DNA of 64,000 nucleotides from Desulfatiglandales bacterium (GCA_963667015.2 CAXXJJ010000001.1:1632001-1696000), one strand, 5' to 3'. Positions 10,424 through 20,507 are shown, counted from the stretch's first letter. Numbers and translations are program-made. The notes: a model not told the origin generated them from the sequence alone.

Positions 10424-10475
10424 TTTTTACCCTGTTAAATCCGCATGGCGGGTTGCGAAGCAAAATTTAACAGAG
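10424..10475. repeat. REP-like palindrome (CCCTGTTAAAT...ATTTAACAG family)
   Basis: TTTTACCCTGTTAAATCC is the reverse complement of 22743-22760; related copies near 4840 and 10630. Confidence 0.55.
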
Positions 10476-10846
10476 CAGGGTGAACCGCTTCAGCCTATCT
10501 TTTCAATCTTGAACATTGAATCTGGAATTTTGAATTCTTCAATTATTTCTCCCGGTTAATTGAAGATCTTCTTGCATTTATTACAAAAAAGTCTTAAATC
10601 TTTAGCCAGTGAAATTCATAGCTATGACAGCGAAGCGGATTTCACCGGGCTTAATCCATTATATCTTTCTGGGTATACTGATATACTGTCTTACAAGTCT
10701 TTCAAAATAAAGAATTACCAGTTTTTTTTAAAAAACCATCATCCTATTTTAACAAGAGGGGGAAGTGATATTCGATTATTTAATGATGTCCCCCTTTATT
10801 TACAGGTCTGTAAACAGCACCGGTATGTCTCACATAGGAGAAAAAA

Positions 10847-11131
10847 ATGAAGCAATCTGATATCGAAAGACGTATTATTAAACTCCGCAAGCAACAACGA
10901 AGCGGCAAAATAGTGGCTTATATTAGTGTATTTGCAGGTCTCTTTTGGACGATGCTAGCCTTCATCGATCGTGATGCTGATATTTTTTCCAGCATGCGAT
11001 TTTGGGTGGGAGGCCTTTTTCTTGCGCTCGGAGCTGGTTGGTATCGTCATTATCGAACTGTAAAAGTATTCGATACGTATGTCTCACAATTTCAATCGAT
11101 TAATAACGAGAAAGAAAAAGACATAACATAG
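10847..11131 (+). CDS. Small two-TM membrane protein, unknown function
   Basis: AGGAG RBS; two hydrophobic segments. Confidence 0.7.
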   Translation: MKQSDIERRIIKLRKQQRSGKIVAYISVFAGLFWTMLAFIDRDADIFSSMRFWVGGLFLALGAGWYRHYRTVKVFDTYVSQFQSINNEKEKDIT

Positions 11132-11155
11132 ACTTCAGATAATCAGAGATACAGA

Positions 11156-11599
11156 ATGAAAAAAATCTTAATTATCCTAATAATTGCAGGCCTTGGTTAT
11201 GTGGGGTTTCAGCGCTCAGAAGGTAAATTCTCTGCCAGCATCTTTTCAAATTCAGAATCATCAGAAAATGATCAGCTTCTTGCGGATGCATTTAATAATG
11301 AAGAGAGCGGTATCCAGGTCAGTGGATCAGGCAAAGTAATTAGAATTCTGTCGGATGATAACGAAGGAAGCAGGCATCAAAAATTTATTATTAAACTTGG
11401 TTCGGGCCAGACTCTTTTGATTGCACATAATATTGACATAGCTCCAAGAATCAATTCTCTCAGTAAAGGTGATCAAATTGATTTCTGCGGCGAATACGAA
11501 TGGAATTCACAGGGAGGAGTTGTGCATTGGACACACCATGACCCTGATGGATACCATGAAGATGGATGGTTAAAACATAAGGGGAGAAAATATCAATAG
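11156..11599 (+). CDS. DUF3465-like exported protein
   Basis: Signal/anchor; DD.EGSRHQKFI, AHNIDIAP, GEYEWN, HWTHHDP motifs. Confidence 0.85.
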   Translation: MKKILIILIIAGLGYVGFQRSEGKFSASIFSNSESSENDQLLADAFNNEESGIQVSGSGKVIRILSDDNEGSRHQKFIIKLGSGQTLLIAHNIDIAPRINSLSKGDQIDFCGEYEWNSQGGVVHWTHHDPDGYHEDGWLKHKGRKYQ

Positions 11600-11721
11600 A
11601 AATGTGTAAGGCTTAACCAATGCTTTTAAAGCCAGGTGAATTCGCAATGATGGTTAAAAGAGCTAAACGGAGATTTAACCTCTTAATAATTTGTTATGGT
11701 AATGTGAGAGATAAAATAACA

Positions 11722-12738
11722 ATGAAGATTCCAACCGATGAAGAGTATCTTATAGAACTTTACGAATTATATAAAGATGAAAAAGTTATTAATATGTTGT
11801 TAAGCGTGCCTAATAACATACAAGACCAGATTATTAATGATATTCTTAACACACCTTCTTGGAAAAATAATAAATATGATAAAAAAGAAGAAATACTCCG
11901 AGAATCGAACCAACCAAAAAAATTTTTTAATGGTTTGCGTATAAAATTATTAAAAGAGGATAGTGAAAGCATACTGGAACCTTGTTATAAATATCTTTCA
12001 TCTATACCTATTGGCTATCTACCAACAAAATATCTCAATGCATGTGCTGTAAAAACCCCAAGAAGTGGGGTAGTGATATTAATGAACTTTGGAATTATTC
12101 TACCATTAGGATTAGTAATAAAATTCTATATATCATTTTGGACATGGTTTTCAACAAAACCGTATTGTCGCGATCACTCACAACATGAATTCGCCCGAGG
12201 AATAATTACTTTGGCAAAATATTGCATTACTTACGATGACAAATACCTAAGAGATGCTCTTAGTCTGAGCTGCCCTTCTATTACGCCTCACGATCAACTA
12301 ATTAATAACTTTTGGATGGTAGCAGAAAAATGGATACTCTTTCATGAATATGGCCATGCCGCATTAAATCATCTTAATACAAAAAATACACAAGTCAGAC
12401 AAATTACATCGAGACTAAGATTGAATTTGTTCAATAAATCTCAGTCTCAAGAGTTCGAAGCAGATCAATTTGCATATGAACAATTTAAAAAAAACAGTAC
12501 AAGTGAAGAACGATTCATGAATGACTTATTCCCTTTTGGTCTTTTATTAAATTTTTTTTCACTATGTGAAATGCTTTGCAAAATATACAAGGAACCAAAT
12601 AGCAAAACTCACCCACCTGCAATAAAACGTTGGGAGAGAATTAAATTATTAGAGGATATTTGTAAAAAACGACCATCAATTGCTTCTGATATAGATAACG
12701 TATTTGCTGCAATATACAAAATTGGGGGAATAATATAA
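11722..12738 (+). CDS. HEXXH zinc metallopeptidase (M48 / Lit-U49-like)
   Basis: NACA, FHEYGH, EFEAD and THPP...R motifs; AT-rich. Confidence 0.7.
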   Translation: MKIPTDEEYLIELYELYKDEKVINMLLSVPNNIQDQIINDILNTPSWKNNKYDKKEEILRESNQPKKFFNGLRIKLLKEDSESILEPCYKYLSSIPIGYLPTKYLNACAVKTPRSGVVILMNFGIILPLGLVIKFYISFWTWFSTKPYCRDHSQHEFARGIITLAKYCITYDDKYLRDALSLSCPSITPHDQLINNFWMVAEKWILFHEYGHAALNHLNTKNTQVRQITSRLRLNLFNKSQSQEFEADQFAYEQFKKNSTSEERFMNDLFPFGLLLNFFSLCEMLCKIYKEPNSKTHPPAIKRWERIKLLEDICKKRPSIASDIDNVFAAIYKIGGII

Positions 12739-13100
12739 GAAAATATACATAATAAATCTATTATTCAAAAATACAAAACTATGGATCTCCAGTTATATTA
12801 TCATCGTCATCATTATTCAAATGATTCAGCTTCACCATAATGTTAAGATATGAAAGATTGGGGAATCCAGTTTTTTAATCATTGAAATCTATCAACAAAA
12901 GGCTGAATCTAATTAGTTTATGAAAATGAAGTTTAACTCTATTTTATTTAACCTTGACTGTTATTTTTGAGAGAAGTAATAAGTAAATTGGTTGTTAGCA
13001 AGCTAAGGACGTATCATTTAAGTCAACAACTTTAAAAAACTAATCTTTAACTTTAAATATTAATTATTCTTTAATGGATAACTTATCGATACACTAAAAT

Positions 13101-14087
13101 ATGAAAGATTTAATCATAAAAGCTTGGCCTGAATTAACGGGTTATAAACCATCAACGATCCGTATTGAAAGATCAGCAGGAACTAAGCATCCACTTTATT
13201 TTGATTTTGCTGGGTGTAAGGAAATATCTTCAACAGGACTTACAGTATGGCTTCTTAGAAGCCTTAGCTTTCTTAAGCAAAGTAAGCATCGACGTGAATA
13301 TTCAACCGAGCTATTTAAAGATAATGAAATATTATATAAGGTCAGACAGCTTTCTTTTTTTTACCACTTAAATCGTTATATTCAGAATAATAATATGTTT
13401 ACGCATGAAACAAATTATGATGGACCTTTTGAAACCCTATACCATACCTCTTTTAATAACAGAGAAGTAATATCTCTTCCAATTTATTGCCTCAATCTAA
13501 ACAGTTTTACTAAAGAAAAAAGGCGCGATGTACTATATCCGTTGCGAAGTATGTTGATGGAAGTGTTAAGTCCATATGGAATGGATTACTATTTTAATCA
13601 ATGTCAATTTATTAGTATAGTCTCAGAGATGTGTAAAAACAGTGCGGATCATACTAATGGAGAGGCCTTTTTGGGTTTAGATTTTGTGTTAATACCAGAA
13701 AAAAAATCTATAGAAATACATTTCGTATTTGGAGACTTGGGTTGTGGAATAAAAAAGAATGTTCAAAAATATTTGTTTTCATTAGATGAACAAAAAAAAC
13801 GTATACCGCATATGAGCTTTAGTGAGGCTTATCGACGTGCTTTGACACGTGGTTTTACAACTAAACCCAATAGTGAATACAATAAAGGCATTGGGATGTC
13901 ATTAATACGCGAAGGCTGTCAAGGGATTGGTGTTGAATTATCAGTGTTTGATGCATTTAGCCGATACCGCCTTTCTTCGGTTTTGAAACTCACTCACGAG
14001 GAGCTGCGTAGATATTTTTATCCTTTTACAAAAGACCAGACCCAGCCATTTTATTATTACGGGGTAATTAGAGGAGAAAAAAAATGA
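13101..14087 (+). CDS. GHKL/HATPase-domain protein with STAS-like N-terminus
   Basis: N-box SEMCKNSADH, G1 DLGCGI, G2 GFTTK..NKGIGM; N-terminal FDFAGCKEISSTG; no HisKA H-box seen. Confidence 0.8.
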   Translation: MKDLIIKAWPELTGYKPSTIRIERSAGTKHPLYFDFAGCKEISSTGLTVWLLRSLSFLKQSKHRREYSTELFKDNEILYKVRQLSFFYHLNRYIQNNNMFTHETNYDGPFETLYHTSFNNREVISLPIYCLNLNSFTKEKRRDVLYPLRSMLMEVLSPYGMDYYFNQCQFISIVSEMCKNSADHTNGEAFLGLDFVLIPEKKSIEIHFVFGDLGCGIKKNVQKYLFSLDEQKKRIPHMSFSEAYRRALTRGFTTKPNSEYNKGIGMSLIREGCQGIGVELSVFDAFSRYRLSSVLKLTHEELRRYFYPFTKDQTQPFYYYGVIRGEKK

Positions 14088-14518
14088 AAGAGATAAATAT
14101 ATTACAAGATTATGGAGTATATGAATTGGGAAGTGAGTCAGAAATTAAACCAATTATTGAGAAGATTGATATTAATAATCAAACGCATATCAAACTAGAT
14201 CTGACGGGGTGCCTCCCCGATTACCCAGTGACAAGTCAAATAATTGATAAAATAATTTCTCAGATGAAAAAATTACCTGGCAAAAAATCGCTTGATATTG
14301 TTGTCGAATACTCTCTGCCACATGAAATTTTAATAAATTGGCTCTTTCTAGGAAGCAAAGATTTAAATATTCAAGATGATAAATCTATGCCACTGAAAGA
14401 TATTTGGAATGCGATATATGACGGAATTGAAGAGTCTAGTATAGTGATTAAAATACACATTTATGATAATAAAAGAGAGAATGTAATTGATGAGATCATT
14501 TTCGATAAAAGAATATAA
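14084..14518 (+). CDS. Hypothetical protein, possibly STAS/DUF4325-like
   Basis: ATGA overlap with upstream gene; LGS....I......IKLDLTG pattern. Confidence 0.6.
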   Translation: MKEINILQDYGVYELGSESEIKPIIEKIDINNQTHIKLDLTGCLPDYPVTSQIIDKIISQMKKLPGKKSLDIVVEYSLPHEILINWLFLGSKDLNIQDDKSMPLKDIWNAIYDGIEESSIVIKIHIYDNKRENVIDEIIFDKRI

Positions 14519-16751
14519 TCATATTGCAAAAACATTATTGTTTGAGATTATAGAGAGGATTGCACGATTTCAAATACACCTTGATGAAATCCGAGAACGT
14601 TTTTACTCAACGAATAGCCTCGGACATAATGACAGAAATGCTGAGACGCATTTATTGGATCCATATAGAGAGTGTTTAATGAAAATACTTGAATGTTCTC
14701 AGTCATTATCAAACTCCATATTTTTAAAAGAAAAGACTAATGTTGACGATTTAAGTAGATTTATTCATGAAATTCAATCTCTAATCCACTTAATTAACAA
14801 ATTACACCACAATCTTGGATTTTTACCTCGCCCACCAGAGCCACCAGAGTTGAAGCGGTTTGGAAGGATATTATCAAAATATAGCATGGAGTTATCAGAT
14901 AGCGTTGCTGAAATATTTATATACATAGACGAACAAATTTCTGAAGAATCTTATACTTCTGGTGACCCTCTGTCGGAATTCAAAGAAAAAGAAATTGATA
15001 AAATAATCAACAAAATAAATAAGTTATGTAAATCACAGACCCAATGCTTTTCAACAGACAATAACCGCGAATCAGGAAAGGATGATTTTCATGTTACTAT
15101 TCCACGTATTGATGCAAGTAATCCATGTAGATGGCCTACTTTAGTACATGAATTAGCTCATAAGTTATTTAGATTTATCATTGTAAAAACACCAGACATG
15201 TTAGACGCTTTTAACGCTATTTCCAATGAGATCACAGAGAATATTACCAACAATACACATATAGATAATAAAAGATGGTTAGAAGAATGTTGGTGCGATC
15301 TATTTGGAGCTATTGTTATGGGACCTGCATTTTGGTTCTCCCAAGCATCAGCTTTTCTATTTTGGGGAAAAATCAATGATTTTGGGAAGATTGAACCTAC
15401 GCATCCACCACCACTTTTTAGGTTATTATTAATTACTTCAATACTTCGTCATCGTTTTAAAGATGCCTTCTTTGAAGAATGTGAAATAAGCCTTAATAAG
15501 TATAGACAAATTTTTGATTATTTCGATAACGAGTGTAGCCATAGCGGAGATGGTTTTTTAATTAATTCAGATCTTAGATATATCTTCACCCTTTTAAAAA
15601 GCAAATTTATAAATAACTTTATTTCAGAAAATGAAAAAGGAGTACTGTCTTTCGGACCGCCTGCGTTAAATGAACACATCTCTTCATTTATAAAATATAC
15701 AAGCAGTATAAATGAACCTGTAATCAAAATGATGGTTTCAAGACTTGCAGGAGGTGTACCCGTACCTTCTTATAGAAAGAGCCAAAATGACACCTTTCAA
15801 GAAAGACCGTCTCATGTTCAAGAAATTCTTTTAGCCGCATGGTTGTATAGAACTAATGACTTTAAAAATAATATTATTGAAAATTATATAAAAATATTAA
15901 AGGAAGACGACTTAAATATAAGTGACTTATGGAATAAATTTAACGATACGATTGTAAAAGATTTTAAAGAATTTAACTTTTCAGTTCTCCGCTCTATTCA
16001 AGTTGGTGAATGGTGCCACTTATTAAGTGGAAGTCAAAGTTCAACTGATTACCTCAAAATTTTAAATAATAAGAAAATCAATAAAATTGGCTCTGTTTTA
16101 GCTGATTATGAAATATTTAATTTATTAAAATCTAACAAGCTTTTGATTATCCCATTAATGAACTTACAGGAACAGTTAGGATCAACTTCTTTGGATATAA
16201 GACTCGGGACTTCTTTTCAGATTTTCTATCCTAACCAAGTAGGGATTATCGATTTAACAGACTCTGATTCAATAAGAAATGCTAATATGTTTTCTGATTT
16301 AATCGACTTAGATTATATGCAAGCGGTTACTCTAGCCCCAGGACAATTTGTTTTAGCCCATTCTATGGAATATATTGAACTGCCTGCAAATCTTTCTGCA
16401 GACGTTGAAGGAAGAAGTAGTTTTGCACGCTTAGGGATTGAAGTTCATATGACAGCTAGTTTAATTGACCCTGGATTTCAAGGAGTACTTACCTTTGAAA
16501 TATTTAATGCTGGCCCTAATCCAATAAAGTTATACCCGGGCTTGCGCATTGCACAATTGAGGTTTTTTTCAGGTAACGCTCCACAAAAACCATATAATAA
16601 AAACCCCATTGCAAAATATAGAGGCTTGCTACAACATCATAATAGCTTACAATCAAGTGATTATGAAGTTGAATTATACTCACTTGAAAAATCCAAAGAG
16701 AACATTATTGCTGACAGGAGAATAAATGGAGATACTAGCTTGGATAAATGA
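14490..16751 (+). CDS. Fusion of HEXXH zincin-like domain and C-terminal dCTP deaminase (trimeric dUTPase fold)
   Basis: VHELAH (15147-15161)..EECWCD..GPAF..THPP; from about 16089 SLDIRLG, EGRSSFARLG, IDPGFQG, TFEIFN, RIAQL, KY. Confidence 0.85.
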   Translation: MRSFSIKEYNHIAKTLLFEIIERIARFQIHLDEIRERFYSTNSLGHNDRNAETHLLDPYRECLMKILECSQSLSNSIFLKEKTNVDDLSRFIHEIQSLIHLINKLHHNLGFLPRPPEPPELKRFGRILSKYSMELSDSVAEIFIYIDEQISEESYTSGDPLSEFKEKEIDKIINKINKLCKSQTQCFSTDNNRESGKDDFHVTIPRIDASNPCRWPTLVHELAHKLFRFIIVKTPDMLDAFNAISNEITENITNNTHIDNKRWLEECWCDLFGAIVMGPAFWFSQASAFLFWGKINDFGKIEPTHPPPLFRLLLITSILRHRFKDAFFEECEISLNKYRQIFDYFDNECSHSGDGFLINSDLRYIFTLLKSKFINNFISENEKGVLSFGPPALNEHISSFIKYTSSINEPVIKMMVSRLAGGVPVPSYRKSQNDTFQERPSHVQEILLAAWLYRTNDFKNNIIENYIKILKEDDLNISDLWNKFNDTIVKDFKEFNFSVLRSIQVGEWCHLLSGSQSSTDYLKILNNKKINKIGSVLADYEIFNLLKSNKLLIIPLMNLQEQLGSTSLDIRLGTSFQIFYPNQVGIIDLTDSDSIRNANMFSDLIDLDYMQAVTLAPGQFVLAHSMEYIELPANLSADVEGRSSFARLGIEVHMTASLIDPGFQGVLTFEIFNAGPNPIKLYPGLRIAQLRFFSGNAPQKPYNKNPIAKYRGLLQHHNSLQSSDYEVELYSLEKSKENIIADRRINGDTSLDK

Positions 16752-17535
16752 TATCTTTTCTTATTTACTTTCGGTTTCTCATAATCTCTGCTTTTTATTA
16801 GCTTTCCTTGTTGGGTGTGTTTCTGCCTTCGCAGAATTATTAAGCCGATATAGAGAAGGCTTTAAAATACTTAGGTATAAAGAGGCTATGTTATATTTGT
16901 TTATCAATGGGATTTGTGCTGTAATAGCATATTTTGTTATAATCAATTATAAATTTGAACTTGGTCCATTTGCAAAGGGTGAGATAGGTAAAGCATTAAC
17001 CGCTGGATTTGCTTCAATGTTTATATTAAGAAGTTCTTTTGCCAGCATAAAAAATGGTGAAAAAACATTGGATGTAGGCTTCGCACCGATCTTACAAGTA
17101 TTTTTAAATACTATCGATAGGGCATTTGATCAGAGGCGTTCTAAAAATAATATTCAGGAAGTAGGAAAAATTATGAAAGGTGTTAAATTTGTGACCGCAA
17201 ATAATGCTTTGCCACTTTTGTGTATTAGCGCAATGCAAAACTTATCACAAAAAGAACAAAATAGTATTGCGAAAGAAATAGGAGATATAGCAGATCAAAG
17301 TATCCCAGACGATATAAAAGCTCTTAATCTCGGGATAGTATTATCCCGATATACTGATACCCCTCTCTTAGAATCTATTGTTAATGTCTTCCAAGAAGCA
17401 GTCTCTGCTGAACCTCTTAAAGGACAAGATAAAGCATTATCAATACAAGAGCAGAAAGAAAAAATTAAAACAATAAAACAAAAATTTTACACTCTAAGTA
17501 AAAATAAAGGAGAAGAGTATGGAAAAAAATCATAG
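16726..17535 (+). CDS. Membrane protein (3-4 TM plus helical C-terminus), unknown function
   Basis: Hydrophobic N-terminal helices; AGGAG RBS; overlaps both neighbours. Confidence 0.8.
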   Translation: MEILAWINDIFSYLLSVSHNLCFLLAFLVGCVSAFAELLSRYREGFKILRYKEAMLYLFINGICAVIAYFVIINYKFELGPFAKGEIGKALTAGFASMFILRSSFASIKNGEKTLDVGFAPILQVFLNTIDRAFDQRRSKNNIQEVGKIMKGVKFVTANNALPLLCISAMQNLSQKEQNSIAKEIGDIADQSIPDDIKALNLGIVLSRYTDTPLLESIVNVFQEAVSAEPLKGQDKALSIQEQKEKIKTIKQKFYTLSKNKGEEYGKKS

Positions 17536-17920
17536 TGTATCTCATCTCTCAGGTTTTATTAATGGATATAAAGCGAGTAACATCGCAAGAATAGAGTCCT
17601 CCATAAAATATCATGTCGGTGAAATTAATGATAAAGTTAAATCGTTAATTGGCGATAACAACATAGACGATGAGATACTTAATCCATTAAAAAAAATCTC
17701 ATATATTCTTGATGATGCAGATTCAAACTACACTGATATATTAATCCAATTTGGTGAAGCCTTCAAATTGACTATCTTGCTATGTAAGAATAAAAATATG
17801 GATGATGTTTTAAACGATCCTAAAATAAAAATGATTATTTATCATTATCTTGAATTGGCTGAAAAAATAGAAGACAAGAGACTTAATAATCTTGCAATTG
17901 CTATTGGTGAATTATTGTAG
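17519..17920 (+). CDS. Hypothetical helical protein
   Basis: AGGAG RBS; overlaps the upstream stop; 133 aa. Confidence 0.7.
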   Translation: MEKNHSVSHLSGFINGYKASNIARIESSIKYHVGEINDKVKSLIGDNNIDDEILNPLKKISYILDDADSNYTDILIQFGEAFKLTILLCKNKNMDDVLNDPKIKMIIYHYLELAEKIEDKRLNNLAIAIGELL

Positions 17921-17959
17921 AAATTAATAAATTTAAGCTAAACATAATAGATTTTGTTT

Positions 17960-18832
17960 ATGGACCATAAAAAAATTTTACCTCTTAGTGTCTTGTCAGT
18001 TAAAGACTCAACTCTATTTGAGGGGGATAGTTATAAAGTACTTCAACGAATGCCTTCCAATTCTGTTCAAACAGTAATTACATCACCACCATATTGGGGA
18101 TTGCGTGATTATGGTATTAATGGACAGATAGGTTTGGAAACTACACTCCCCCAATTTTTAAATAGGCTCATAGCTGTTTTTAATGAAGTCAAAAGAATAT
18201 TGAAAGATGATGGAACTCTCTGGTTAAATATAGGAGATGGATATACCAGTGGTAATAGAAAATATCGTGCTTATGATAAAAAAAACCCATTAAGAGCAAT
18301 GGTTTCCAGACCCGACACGCCTAAAGGGTTAAAGCGTAAAGACCTTATTGGAATACCTTGGAGGCTAGCTTTTGCATTACAAGATGACGGGTGGTATCTT
18401 CGAAGTGATATCGTTTGGAATAAACCTAATGCAATGCCAGAAAGTGTAAAAGATAGGCCAACGCGATCACATGAATATATTTTTTTATTTTCTAAATCTG
18501 AACATTATTTTTATAATTATCGCGTTGTGAAAGAAATGGGTACAAATGGTGCACTTAGAAATCTGAGAAGTGTCTGGAATGTAAATACTAAAGCATTTCC
18601 TGGTGCCCATTATGCAACATTCCCACAGAAACTAATTGAACCATGTATTAAGGCGACCACAAATGATGGTGATTTTATATTGGATCCATTTTTTGGTACA
18701 GGCACTGTTGGAGCTGCATGCGAACGATATAAAAGGAAATACATAGGCATTGAATTGAATCCTGAATACATATCATTAGCGATAAACCGATTAAATATAT
18801 CACGAAATTCTGTGGTCAAAATTGCTGCTTAA
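17960..18832 (+). CDS. Site-specific DNA methyltransferase, N4/N6 family, beta class
   Basis: TSPPY catalytic motif precedes the DPFFGTGT SAM-binding motif; W.KPN.MPES; H.ATFP. Confidence 0.93.
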   Translation: MDHKKILPLSVLSVKDSTLFEGDSYKVLQRMPSNSVQTVITSPPYWGLRDYGINGQIGLETTLPQFLNRLIAVFNEVKRILKDDGTLWLNIGDGYTSGNRKYRAYDKKNPLRAMVSRPDTPKGLKRKDLIGIPWRLAFALQDDGWYLRSDIVWNKPNAMPESVKDRPTRSHEYIFLFSKSEHYFYNYRVVKEMGTNGALRNLRSVWNVNTKAFPGAHYATFPQKLIEPCIKATTNDGDFILDPFFGTGTVGAACERYKRKYIGIELNPEYISLAINRLNISRNSVVKIAA

Positions 18833-19668
18833 ATAGCTTAAATCCATAATGTTGTATTGGAGTCAGACAAAGCTTACCCCTTTTATAAATGGGGATGTTG
18901 TTAGGTTATTAGGTTGGCAGCAGTTGGATAATTTAAATATATCATGCTTCCCTGAGTGGACGCTCTTCATTATTTCATTATCTTATACTGCATCACTGAA
19001 GAGCATCCCTCTTGATTATTTTAAAAACAGGATCTCTCCTTTCAGTCGAGATGACAATTTATGCATGACACGACACTAGCCTTCCTTCATTTTTTCCGCC
19101 CCACAATGACATTTCTACACGTAACCCCCAGTATCCTTTTATTTTGCATTGCTGAAACAGTACCGGCCTGAAACCTCTCGGACGACATTGGCGCCTGCAT
19201 AACATGTGAAACTGCCCATCCCGCCTTCCTCATTAAAATGCCGTAATCAATTATTAAGATTGAGGATTCCTCATTCTCTTCAAGGGCCGGAGTACCCTGA
19301 AAATCACGCCAGTCAGCATTTATCATAACAATCCTTGTCCCTTTTTTACTGTTCTCAAGTGCCAGCCTGAAAAACCTTTCAAGAAAATCCAGGTATTCTT
19401 CCCGTGAGAGGTTCGATATGCTCTCTTCTTCATATTCCTTTGCCTTTTTACTGAAATAGGGAGGATCAAAGATAATAAGATCCGGCTTTGTCTTTCCATT
19501 GACAGGCCAATCGTCACCGAATCTCTTATCGCAGTCTACCCAGTACCAGTTGTCCCAGGTCCTGAGCCCCCATTTTAATTCCTGGTATTTGGCGGCGTCA
19601 TTTTTTCCTTCAAGTTTAAGGGCCCAGACCAGAGATTCAGGCCAACCGTGCTTTTCAGCTGTAAACAG

Positions 19669-20507
19669 TGGATATTCCGGGTCCGATTTCCCCATGAGTC
19701 CGGCCATTGGTTCCAATCGTTCCGGTGAAAAGTCCCAACCAATCCGGGGTAGTTCCAATCCAATTATGAACCTCTATAATGAGTAAATGTATCAAGATTT
19801 GATGTAAATTCATTATAGAGGAGGTCACCTATATGACCAAATATCGTGAGATCCTTAGACTGCATAGTCTTGGGATCAACCAAAGCGGTACAGCTAAAAG
19901 CTGTGGATGCTCAAGAAAGACAGTACGCAATGTGCTTAATCGAGCAAAGGAACTACAAATTGAATGGCCCTTAAATGCTGAGAGCACTGATGCTGAACTG
20001 AAAAAGCAACTGTTCCCGGAAAAAACCTCCAGAGAGTCATCACGTAAACACCCTGATTATGAATACATAGCCAGGGAAATGATGCGAAACGGGTTAACAC
20101 AAAAGCTTCTGTGGAATGAGTACTGTGAAGAATGCAGTCAGAGCAATGAGCTGCCTCTCATGTATTCTCAGTTCTTTTTTCATTATTAGGATTGTTCAGA
20201 AAAAAACGTGCTGCCTACATACCATCAGGAAACAAAGAGACCAGGTAGAAACCGAATAGACAGGAAATACAGCCTCTGTTATCGATCTGAATAAAATTTA
20301 ATGACGTTGGTGTTTTACGTTTTATTTTTTTATTATTTTTTTAGCTTCGCTATCCGTTTAAAAATGGAATCCTCATCCTGATTCCATGGAGCATACAGCA
20401 TTAAAAAAAAGTTTTACCGGTTCCTCACCGGAACCATTGGAACCCCATACCCGGATTCATTGGAACCAACCTTCCGGACAGGGTGGATTTTTTAACCGGT
20501 ATATCCA
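19669..20507 (+). mobile_element. Internally deleted IS21-family element
   Basis: IRs TGGATATTCCGG / CCGGTATATCCA; 5-bp direct repeat AACAG at 19664 and 20508; subterminal CCGG/TGGAAC repeats. Confidence 0.85.
19833..20189 (+). pseudogene. istA: Truncated IS21 transposase IstA (N-terminus)
   Basis: YREILRL..G...A.SCGCSRKTV, WPL, KLLWNEY, YSQF motifs followed by a stop. Confidence 0.85.

Noticed and set aside
10317..10850. ORFs 10317-10559 and 10560-10850
   Set aside because: They run through intergenic repeats, have TTG starts without an RBS and show no protein motifs
10847..13000. Integron-like cassette array (TAAC motifs at gene ends near 11125 and 11612, GTTRRRY-like motifs near 11693, 12994 and 18900)
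   Set aside because: No convincing paired L/R boxes or full attC hairpin and no integrase in the window; IntegronFinder would be needed to decide
19575..19786. N-terminus of ORF 19087-19758 and overlapping short ORFs
   Set aside because: Read-through from the IS21 end repeats, not a genuine start
19669..20507. CRISPR-like short repeats (CCGG/TGGAAC units)
   Set aside because: No unique spacers; they are IS21 subterminal repeats
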